Part shown: one piece after another, positions 19,659 through 26,799 of the stretch
How positions within the stretch are numbered: position 1 is the first letter of the stretch
Layout of the letters: each line of letters starts with the position of its first letter
Assembly: GCA_043753995.1 (NCBI GenBank)
Contig: JAYUVP010000314.1
Coordinates: 1-32,012, forward strand
DNA length: 32,012 bases
From: Fibrobacterota bacterium
Lineage (GTDB): Bacteria; Fibrobacterota; Fibrobacteria; UBA11236
Direction of reading: 5' to 3'
The notes under the pieces: generated by a model
What the model was told of the DNA's origin: nothing
Seen by the model: only the letters and a program-made list of their open reading frames with translations
Database searches by the model: none
Made by a program: the position numbers and the translations under genes

Positions 19659-20405
19659 TCACAAAGTTATGCCGCCATCGACTTTCAAACTAGCGCCGGT
19701 GATATAGGAGGCTGCCGGGCTCACCAAGAAAGCGATGGCTGCGGCGACTTCGGCGGGTTGCCCATAGCGTTCCAAGGCCGTCATGGATTTTTGCGCGGCG
19801 CTTGCGGCCCCGTCAGTGGGATTCATTTCGGTTTCGATGGGACCGGGATGCACGATATTGACGGTAATGCCGCGAGGACCCAAGTCACGCGCCCATCCGC
19901 GCGTATAGCCTTCGAGAGCGATTTTCGTCGCCGAGTAATCAGCCAATCCCGGAAACGGAGAACGATAGCCGAGAGCCGAGCCTATGCTCACGATGCGACC
20001 ACCCTGGGGCAATACGCTGGCGGCGGCATGCACAGCAGCTGCGACGCCATGCACATTTACATTCCATTGCAGGCTTTGCTGTTCGGCCTGGCGACTCGCA
20101 TCGCCGGTGAGGCCTCCGAGAAAAACGCCGGCATTGTTCACCAGGATGTCGAGCCCGCCCAGCCTTTCGGCCGTCTTGCGAACGGCCTGAGCCGATTCTT
20201 CCACCGAGCCTTGATTGGCCTTGAGGGCGAAGACTTGCAGCCCTTTAGCCTGCAAATCCTTTTCGAGAGCTGTGGCCTGGGCCTCATTTTTGGACCAGGT
20301 GAAAACCACCGAAGCGCCCGCCTCAGCCAAGCGACGCACCGTGGCCGCACCTATGCCTCGCGAACCACCAGTTACTAATGCCTTTTTTCCTGTAAATTCG
20401 GCCAT
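19659..20405 (-). CDS. Classical short-chain dehydrogenase/reductase (BdcA-like)
   Basis: [12 protein letters not shown], catalytic Ser (IGS), YSATK (YxxxK), [17 protein letters not shown]. Confidence 0.93.
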   Translation of the reverse strand: MAEFTGKKALVTGGSRGIGAATVRRLAEAGASVVFTWSKNEAQATALEKDLQAKGLQVFALKANQGSVEESAQAVRKTAERLGGLDILVNNAGVFLGGLTGDASRQAEQQSLQWNVNVHGVAAAVHAAASVLPQGGRIVSIGSALGYRSPFPGLADYSATKIALEGYTRGWARDLGPRGITVNIVHPGPIETEMNPTDGAASAAQKSMTALERYGQPAEVAAAIAFLVSPAASYITGASLKVDGGITL

Positions 20406-20434
20406 TGGGTCGTCCTTTTTGTTGTTTTTCCGTT

Positions 20435-20450
20435 TGTAGCAATCACTACA
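20435..20450. promoter_or_regulatory. Putative TetR operator 1
   Basis: TGTAG-CAATCA-CTACA palindrome, 30 nt upstream of the SDR start; near-identical to operator 2. Confidence 0.7.
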
Positions 20451-20489
20451 GAAAAGAAACTAACCCATGATTGGCCGGTTTGGGGGTAA

Positions 20490-20511
20490 AATTATAGCGA
20501 TCACTATAATT
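20490..20511. promoter_or_regulatory. Putative TetR operator 2, containing back-to-back TATAAT -10 hexamers
   Basis: AATTATAG-CGATCA-CTATAATT; TATAAT on + (20505-20510) and on - (20491-20496). Confidence 0.75.
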
Positions 20512-20533
20512 ATTTTCAGATAGCTTGTCTTTT

Positions 20534-21178
20534 ATGTCCTCAATGCCTTCTACGCCTCCAACGCCATCCATGCCAACCGGGGCCAACCGGGGACGCCAGT
20601 TGTCCTTCAATCGCCAAGAGGCTTTGGAGAAGGCGGCCCATTTGTTTTGGAAATACGGGTTTGCGCCCACCTCTTTGTCCGAGCTGACGGCGGCCATGGG
20701 TATTCATCCGCCAAGCCTTTATAATGCTTTTGGCGGCAAAGAAAATCTGTTCCGTGAGGTTTTAGCGGACTACTTGGAGCATTCCAATCAATGGTTGGAG
20801 GAGACTTTTGCCAAGCACACTTCCATACGCGCCGCTGTCGAGAACTTGGCCTATGATATGGCGGCATTTCTCACGGATCCGGAGCATCCGCCTGGTTGTC
20901 TTTTGTCTTGCGGAGGCGTCAATCTTGAAGCCGAGCATGCGGAACTCGCAAATACGATGAAGCAAATGCGGCGACGGCGTGAGGCCATGCTGGTTTGCAA
21001 GTTAAAGAAGGCACGCTTGCAGGGAGAATTGCCCTCGCATCTTTCTCCGCGCAAATTCGCCGACTATGTGATGACGGTGCAGCAAGGCATGTCGGCACTT
21101 GCGCGCGATGGCGCGAGCCACAATCAATTGCTTTCGGTGGCTAAGCTGGCTATGTCGATTTGGCCGGCGCGGGTGTGA
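20534..21178 (+). CDS. TetR/AcrR-family regulator (ComR/NemR/BdcR-like), divergent from the SDR
   Basis: GRQLSFNRQEALEKAAHLFWKYGFAPTSLSELTAAMGIHPPSLYNAFGGKENLF HTH; PPGCLL; QGMSALARDG. Start could be ATG 20534, 20543 or 20570. Confidence 0.92.
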   Translation: MSSMPSTPPTPSMPTGANRGRQLSFNRQEALEKAAHLFWKYGFAPTSLSELTAAMGIHPPSLYNAFGGKENLFREVLADYLEHSNQWLEETFAKHTSIRAAVENLAYDMAAFLTDPEHPPGCLLSCGGVNLEAEHAELANTMKQMRRRREAMLVCKLKKARLQGELPSHLSPRKFADYVMTVQQGMSALARDGASHNQLLSVAKLAMSIWPARV

Positions 21179-21232
21179 GGCGGATCATTTCAAGCACCTC
21201 GTTTCAAACTCCGAATTGTCTCAGGTGATGGC

Positions 21233-21814
21233 CTAGGTGCAATCGCTCTCGCCGCAATTAGAAGCTTCACATCGCTCATGAAAATCAAGAATCGATCCCG
21301 TCTTAGAGATTTCTATTTGGCAACAAGCCAGCAGTTTATCCTTAAGCATGCTTCGACCGCGGCTGGCCCGACTCTTCACCGCTGATAACGAGACCTCCCA
21401 TTCCGTGGCCAGGGATTGCAGGGTCTTCCCCTCGAACTCCGTCGCCACCACCGCATCCCGATAATGGGGTGACAACTGCTTCGTCAAAGGCAACAAGCAT
21501 CGGGACAGAGCTATTTCTTCCGGGTTGTCGATCGACTCCGCAGGCAGCATTTCCTCCGAAAACTTTTCCGTGGGTCGCCTGGCCCGATAATAATCGATCA
21601 CGGTATTTCGCGCGATCTTATAAAGCCATCCCGTGAGATTTTTTGGGGCCGCGCCATTTTTGCCCGCTGCCAAGGCCTTCAGAAAAACTTCATGCAATAA
21701 GTCCTCGGCAACCATTGAATCGTTCACATGCTTACGCAAAAAACCAAGCATGCCTTGTCGCAATGCCTGGTAAGGTAGTGTCAAATTTTCAGTATCGTTT
21801 GAGGGTAGGGTCAT
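21233..21814 (-). CDS. sigZ: ECF sigma factor, SigZ-like, with Cys-rich C-terminal extension
   Basis: sigma2 AEDLLHEVFLKA..WLYKIARNTVIDYYR; sigma4 LSPHYRDAV..SLSAVKSRASRGRSML; tail LLACCQIE..RCEASNCGESDCT. Confidence 0.85.
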   Translation of the reverse strand: MTLPSNDTENLTLPYQALRQGMLGFLRKHVNDSMVAEDLLHEVFLKALAAGKNGAAPKNLTGWLYKIARNTVIDYYRARRPTEKFSEEMLPAESIDNPEEIALSRCLLPLTKQLSPHYRDAVVATEFEGKTLQSLATEWEVSLSAVKSRASRGRSMLKDKLLACCQIEISKTGSILDFHERCEASNCGESDCT

Positions 21815-21824
21815 TGCCTATTCT

Positions 21825-22328
21825 TCAATTGCAACAAGAGCCAGCGGCCGATTCTACATTCGGAATGCAGCAAGCGCTCTTGGCATTTTCTCCATCCATC
21901 TCCGACGAGCGCACCGGAATGCAGCAGGCTCCAGAGGAATCTCCACCATCCTCGCCGAACTCCTTGGCCTCGGCCATGGTGTGAAAATGTTCCCAGGCCA
22001 ATCCCTGCGGGTCCACGGTCCAATGCTTTTCGCTTTTGGCATAGCAGCAAGCGGCTTCGCTTTGATTAATAACCCGCTCACCGGACGCCGCTTCGGCCAA
22101 GACTTTTAGCCCTTCCAGCTCCTCGGCATCCTCGGCCTGAAAGCCCAAGTGATTGATTCCGGTCGCATGACCCCGCGCCGAGATGGCGAAGTTCAGGGGC
22201 GGATCTTGTAGCATCCACTTGGCATAGTCCGGGCGCTCTTTTGAAGGTGCACTGCCGAACAGATTGTTATAGAAATGGACACTCTTGGCGAGGTCGGCTA
22301 CGGATACATGGACATGAAATCGCTTCAT
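21825..22328 (-). CDS. ArsI/CadI-family VOC metalloenzyme (possible organoarsenical C-As lyase) with extra Cys-Cys tail
   Basis: MKRFHVHVSV..FY..LFG..P.K.RPDYAKW...DPPLNFAIS..INHLG..CCYA.SEK.W..DPQG..WE; AGGAGAG SD; three additional CC pairs at the C-terminus. Confidence 0.9.
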   Translation of the reverse strand: MKRFHVHVSVADLAKSVHFYNNLFGSAPSKERPDYAKWMLQDPPLNFAISARGHATGINHLGFQAEDAEELEGLKVLAEAASGERVINQSEAACCYAKSEKHWTVDPQGLAWEHFHTMAEAKEFGEDGGDSSGACCIPVRSSEMDGENAKSACCIPNVESAAGSCCN

Positions 22329-22377
22329 TGGGTCTCTCCTACCATTCTAATTGGCTTTATTGAGTTGCACCAGTAAA

Positions 22378-22403
22378 GACGATGGAGAGCGGAAAAGGTC
22401 GCA
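22378..22403 (-). promoter_or_regulatory. ECF-sigma-type promoter upstream of the arsI/cadI-sigZ operon
   Basis: Minus strand reads TGCGAC-cttttccgctctccat(16 nt)-CGTC, the typical ECF -35/N16/-10 (CGTC) layout, about 50 nt before the ATG. Confidence 0.65.
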
Positions 22404-22421
22404 AGATAGGGTACCCCTCAA

Positions 22422-22871
22422 TCAAATTCCGAATTGTCTCAAGTGATGATCTAGGTGTTTGTGCATGCCTAACCCCCACTCGTTTTGAGACAGACGGCCG
22501 AAAAACGGATGGGGATGGTTTGTGGCTTCCACGTCAGCCTTGGTGGAAAAGCGCTGGAGCGTATCGATGAGCCGAATTTTTTCCTGTTCGAAATTTCGTG
22601 AGCCAGGGAAAACAAATCCCTTTCCCGTGGGTAAATTCTTTGGCCAAGGCTTCGCATCGGTATAGGACTTGCGAAAAAGCGGACCCAGTATACGGCCAAC
22701 CCAAATCCAAACCGTGGGCCTTTCTCCGTTAGCTAGCTCAAGGACGGCAGTGCAATGCGCGAGCATGGCCGCAGGCTCCATCGTCCCCCATAAGCGAGGC
22801 GTATCTGCGCGCAATAATTCCAGTCGGGACAGGAGGGTCGCGAGGCAGTCTGGATCGAAAACGGTTTTCAC
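22422..22871 (-). CDS. DUF1569 / DinB-superfamily protein
   Basis: RL..L......LWGTM....MLAHC, HPHPFFGRLS..EWG....KHLDHHLRQFG; GTG start with GGAG SD. Confidence 0.88.
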   Translation of the reverse strand: MKTVFDPDCLATLLSRLELLRADTPRLWGTMEPAAMLAHCTAVLELANGERPTVWIWVGRILGPLFRKSYTDAKPWPKNLPTGKGFVFPGSRNFEQEKIRLIDTLQRFSTKADVEATNHPHPFFGRLSQNEWGLGMHKHLDHHLRQFGI

Positions 22872-22929
22872 TAAGTCTCCTTCGAAGCCTGCGAGCCCTC
22901 AGAACAAGAATTGTACTCTCTGTATTTGA

Positions 22930-23133
22930 AATGCAAAAAACTTCATGATGAATCTAGAGGTTGAGGACGTAGACGCGTGGTGGCAAAAAATCCAAGCGGT
23001 CGGATTGAAGGAAGAGTATGAAGGGATCACGGTGAAGCCGCCCCAGGATTACCCTTGGGGGAAAAGAGAAATTCACTTGATAGGTCCCGATGGCGTTCTA
23101 TGGCATATTGCCACTCGAAGTGCAGAAACGTGA
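22930..23133 (+). pseudogene. C-terminal half of a VOC/glyoxalase protein (N-terminal half missing)
   Basis: (AKNF)MMNLEVEDVDAWW..PPQDYPWGKREIHLIGPDGVLWHI matches the second beta-alpha-beta module; in-frame TGA at 22927 just upstream and no room for the N-half. Confidence 0.65.
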
Positions 23134-23163
23134 ACCAAAAAAAGATCGACTGATATCGGCAGC

Positions 23164-23595
23164 ATGAAATTACTGAAAAGAAGAAGCTTCATTTTAGCCT
23201 TCGACTCCCTCTCCGCCTTGGCGGCCGGAGCGGCAACTTGGGCATTGGCTCCGCTCCTACAAACGCTTCACCATTGGACGAATGATTTCGCCCACTTCAT
23301 GGCTTTCGCAAATATCGGATTCGGACTTTTCTCGGGGATTTTATTCCTCTTTTTCAGGAAGCGTTCCCAGGGGCCGTTCTGGCAATTAGGTGTCCTCGTA
23401 GCCGGAAATACTCTTTGGGCGATTCAATGTTTCTTTCAAGCCTGGCATCTTCGTTCTGAGGCCTCCTTCGTGGGGATAGGGCATTTGATATTGGAGGGTG
23501 TCTACGTGGGCTTACTGGCTTATGTTGAGACGCGAATATTTTGCGGAAAAACGTTGGACGTGAAGAGCACTTTTATGTTGAAAGCATCAGAGTAA
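23164..23595 (+). CDS. Hypothetical membrane protein (about 4 TM helices)
   Basis: 143-aa ORF with four hydrophobic segments filling an otherwise empty gap. Confidence 0.7.
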   Translation: MKLLKRRSFILAFDSLSALAAGAATWALAPLLQTLHHWTNDFAHFMAFANIGFGLFSGILFLFFRKRSQGPFWQLGVLVAGNTLWAIQCFFQAWHLRSEASFVGIGHLILEGVYVGLLAYVETRIFCGKTLDVKSTFMLKASE

Positions 23596-23601
23596 TAAAA
23601 T

Positions 23602-25011
23602 TCATTTAGTGAGCGCTCGCCCCAGGGCATTGTAACGAGAGACAATAGGAAAGAAATCGCGCGCCACCTTTCTCTTTTTGTTCGGCGGCCCAGCGATTCC
23701 GGTCCCGTCCACCGCCTCCAGCAAGACGACCCAATCCTTAGCCACTTGCGGGTCGCCATTGACCGAGGACATGCTGAGTGACTGGACGACCGGAGAATAA
23801 GGCGAACCGGGCAGTTCCAGGTATTCCCCGTTGACTGGATTGAAGGCGCTTGCTTTGATGACCTTTCCTTTCAGCTTACGTAAATCGATGTCAAAAACGT
23901 TTCCGGTGGGGCTATAAATCACGGCAAAGGAGCCGTCTTCGGCGAGGCCCGCGGCGATAGCATCTTTGCCATTCCCTTTCGGGGAGGTCACGAGGGTGTT
24001 ACCCGTATCCGGCACGAGTTTCCACCATTCCAGCTTGGAGAAGAAGCCATTCAGCTTGGCCAGGGATTGGGCTCCGGGGCTATTCATCGCGGGCTTCCAT
24101 GCGCTTCCGAATAGCCACACCGAATGGTGGGCGTAGAAATTTCCGCAAGCCCCGGAGAGATAGGCCTGCCAAGCCTGGCCCCGTACCTCGCGCGTTAACA
24201 GAGCCGGTTGCCCGGACAACGATCCCTCATAGTGTCCCTCGATTAGAAAGGTCGGCATGGCCGGGCTGCGGGCATAGTCCGCCAGGACACGTGGTGCGAT
24301 ATTGTCCACGCCCGCATAGCTGCTATTGAGGGTCAGCCAGGTGGGATTCCCGTCGGTCCCCGTGCTATTGCGCGCCCAATGGGTGGTGATGAGATGGGTC
24401 TGATCCACCTCCTTGATCCCTGCCGCCAAGGCATCGGGGATCGCCAAGGAGGGCGGACGATAATCCCCGCCATTCACCCATACGATATTCTTTCTCAAGG
24501 CATAGCGTCGGCCCAGGAAGGCGCCATAATCCCGTATCGCTGTGGTTCCGGCTGCCGATGCCGCGGTGAACCAACCTTCGCTACCTCCACCATAACCGAG
24601 ATATAGGGGCACGGCCAGAACCACAATGCCGCGAGTCGCAGCTTCGTCTAGAATAAAATCGATGTGTGCCCAATAGGCTTGGTTTCGCTGTTGGAAGTCG
24701 TTCCCAACAAAGGGCAAATCCCCGTAAGCGTTTGCGGGCGCATTGGCCGCATAGCCGTCCATGACATTGATGATTTCCACCATCAAGGCATTGAAGCCCT
24801 TGGCTTGCCGATCAGAAAGATATTCGGTCACATCTTCGCGAGTGAGCTGCACGGCTAAGCTCCAGGCGGCTTCCCCGCGTAGCTGGAAAGGCTTTCCATT
24901 TTCATCCACTAGGTGATGGCCACCCGGTCCGACCTTGAGCAGAGGTGCCGAGACTTGGCCGAGAACCTGGATCGCCAGGGAAAGGAGGAGAATGCTCATC
25001 ACGCGGGTCAT
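23602..25011 (-). CDS. Secreted DUF4038 / apiosidase-like (GH140-related) glycoside hydrolase with putative collagen-binding-like domain
   Basis: Signal MTRVMSILLLSLAIQVLG; LVDENGKPF..GEAAW, YLSDRQAKGFN, NIVWVNGGD, PTFLIEGHYE, R.QAW.AYLSGACG, WWKLVPD, FNPVNG, DWVVLL; ends YNALGR. Confidence 0.85.
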   Translation of the reverse strand: MTRVMSILLLSLAIQVLGQVSAPLLKVGPGGHHLVDENGKPFQLRGEAAWSLAVQLTREDVTEYLSDRQAKGFNALMVEIINVMDGYAANAPANAYGDLPFVGNDFQQRNQAYWAHIDFILDEAATRGIVVLAVPLYLGYGGGSEGWFTAASAAGTTAIRDYGAFLGRRYALRKNIVWVNGGDYRPPSLAIPDALAAGIKEVDQTHLITTHWARNSTGTDGNPTWLTLNSSYAGVDNIAPRVLADYARSPAMPTFLIEGHYEGSLSGQPALLTREVRGQAWQAYLSGACGNFYAHHSVWLFGSAWKPAMNSPGAQSLAKLNGFFSKLEWWKLVPDTGNTLVTSPKGNGKDAIAAGLAEDGSFAVIYSPTGNVFDIDLRKLKGKVIKASAFNPVNGEYLELPGSPYSPVVQSLSMSSVNGDPQVAKDWVVLLEAVDGTGIAGPPNKKRKVARDFFPIVSRYNALGRALTK

Positions 25012-25064
25012 GGTGAAAGAGAATAAGCAAATCGAAACCTTTTTTCCATTCCTTCCACTCGTTC

Positions 25065-26024
25065 TCAACACACGTCCAGCAATTCCAGCTTCTCTTTTTT
25101 CAACTCCTTGGCCTCTTTCGGCAAATTCGCCGTAATCGATGTACGCAAAGCCTGCATCATATTGCTTTTCCAATGGCGGCGGCGACTGACCAAACTAATC
25201 TCGCGCGCGGGTTCGGGTGCGCGAAAGGGGCGCACATGGGCATCGATTTCGGTCTTGCTCATATAGGCCGTCATGAAGGCGGGAATCAAGGTATATCCAT
25301 GACCTTCTTGCACTAGGCGGCGCAAGGTGTCGAGACTGCCGCTCTGAAAGTGAATATTGTGAAAATGCGGTTGCGTGCCTTCACTGATGGCGCAATAGCG
25401 CAAGACTTGATCCTTAAAGCAATGTCCATCGCGCAACAGCCATAAGCCATCGTCTTGCAAATCGCCTTTGGAGCAGGCGCTCTTGGCTAATAGCGCATGG
25501 CCTTTACTGAGGTAAAGCTTGAAGGGTTCATAATAAAGCGGCGCCTCTTCGAAACCGTGTTGCGGCAAGGGTGTGGCGAGAATACCCGCATCCAATTTGT
25601 CGCGGCCCAGGCTTTCGAGTATGGCTTCGGTGGTCAGCTCTTCGATATAAAGCTCAACCTTGGGATACTTGCGCGCGAAATGCGAGATGAAACCGGGGAT
25701 GAGGGTAGCGGCCACGGTGGGAATGATGGCAAGACGGAATTCACCCGCCACTTCTTTTGAATTCGACTTGGCGATCTCGAAGAGCAATTTGTGTTCACGC
25801 AGAATGAGGCGCGATTGTTCGAGAAAGGTTTCGCCTTCGGGCGTCAACATGACTGGCTTTTTGGTGCGATCGAAAATAAGCAAGCCCAAATCCTCTTCGA
25901 CCTTTTGCACTTGTTGGCTTAAGGTGGGCTGCGAGACATGGCAGGCATAGGCGGCTTTGCCGAAATGCCGGTGATCGGACACGGCCACGAGGTATTCAAG
26001 TTGGGTCAAGGTGAGATGGGACAT
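25065..26024 (-). CDS. oxyR: Hydrogen peroxide sensor OxyR (LysR family)
   Basis: LTQLEYLVAV..HFGKAA..CHVSQPTLS HTH; LLRDGHCFKDQVLRYC with both redox Cys 9 residues apart; divergent from ahpCF. Confidence 0.93.
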   Translation of the reverse strand: MSHLTLTQLEYLVAVSDHRHFGKAAYACHVSQPTLSQQVQKVEEDLGLLIFDRTKKPVMLTPEGETFLEQSRLILREHKLLFEIAKSNSKEVAGEFRLAIIPTVAATLIPGFISHFARKYPKVELYIEELTTEAILESLGRDKLDAGILATPLPQHGFEEAPLYYEPFKLYLSKGHALLAKSACSKGDLQDDGLWLLRDGHCFKDQVLRYCAISEGTQPHFHNIHFQSGSLDTLRRLVQEGHGYTLIPAFMTAYMSKTEIDAHVRPFRAPEPAREISLVSRRRHWKSNMMQALRTSITANLPKEAKELKKEKLELLDVC

Positions 26025-26066
26025 GGCGGTTCTCCATAGGCTGGCAGGCTTGTCGCGCGGACTTCG

Positions 26067-26101
26067 ATAGGCTGGACCTATCATAGATAGGAATTATCGA
26101 A
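26067..26101. promoter_or_regulatory. Putative OxyR binding site
   Basis: ATAG-N7-CTAT (26067-26081) followed by further ATAG tetramers at 26083 and 26087, in the oxyR/ahpC intergenic region. Confidence 0.65.
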
Positions 26102-26204
26102 TATACAATACGATAGTTTGGAGACATACTTTGTCCATCACCCAGGCGCAAGGGTGGTGGTTCCAACCGAACCGCCTCCAACGCCGCAAAAAAAAAGGAC
26201 GCAG

Positions 26205-26771
26205 ATGCCTACCATCATCAATAGCCAAATCCCTGACTTCAAGGTTCAGGCCTATGTGAACGACGAGTTCAAAACCGTCACCCAGAACGACCTCAAAGGC
26301 AAGTGGTCGATTTTCTTCTTCTACCCTGCCGACTTCACCTTCGTCTGTCCCACCGAGCTGGGCGACATGGCCGATCGCTATGCTGAGTTCCAGAAAATGG
26401 GCGTCGAGGTGTATTCGGTGAGTACCGATACGCATTTCACGCATAAAGCATGGCATGACGCTTCGGAGACCATCAAGAAAATCAAATACCCTATGTTGGC
26501 TGATCCCACTGGTCATCTCTCACGCTCTTTCGGCGTGCATATAGAAGAGGATGGCATGGCTTATCGCGGTACCTTCGTGGTAAGCCCCGAAGGCAAGATC
26601 AAGATCGCCGAGATCCACGACAATGGCATTGGCCGTAATGCCGATGAATTGCTCCGCAAGGTGCAGGCCGCACAATTCGTGGCCAGCCATCCTGGTGAGG
26701 TCTGCCCTGCCAAGTGGCGTCCCGGAGAAAAAACCTTGAAGCCCGGCCTCGACTTGGTCGGAAAGATCTAA
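26205..26771 (+). CDS. ahpC: Alkyl hydroperoxide reductase subunit C (2-Cys peroxiredoxin)
   Basis: FFYPADFTFVCPTEL, STDTHFTHKAWH, GIGRNA.EL.RK..AAQ, GEVCPAKW; AAGGA SD. Confidence 0.96.
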   Translation: MPTIINSQIPDFKVQAYVNDEFKTVTQNDLKGKWSIFFFYPADFTFVCPTELGDMADRYAEFQKMGVEVYSVSTDTHFTHKAWHDASETIKKIKYPMLADPTGHLSRSFGVHIEEDGMAYRGTFVVSPEGKIKIAEIHDNGIGRNADELLRKVQAAQFVASHPGEVCPAKWRPGEKTLKPGLDLVGKI

Positions 26772-26799
26772 GGGCTCCAAAGCCCAAAGGAGATAAGCC

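Noticed and set aside
25012..25173. N-terminal extension of the 523-aa ORF overlapping oxyR
   Set aside because: The signal peptide begins at ATG 25011, so the upstream part is incidental open frame. The same reasoning trims the ORF-track starts at 17600, 19592, 26084, 26118 and 28370.
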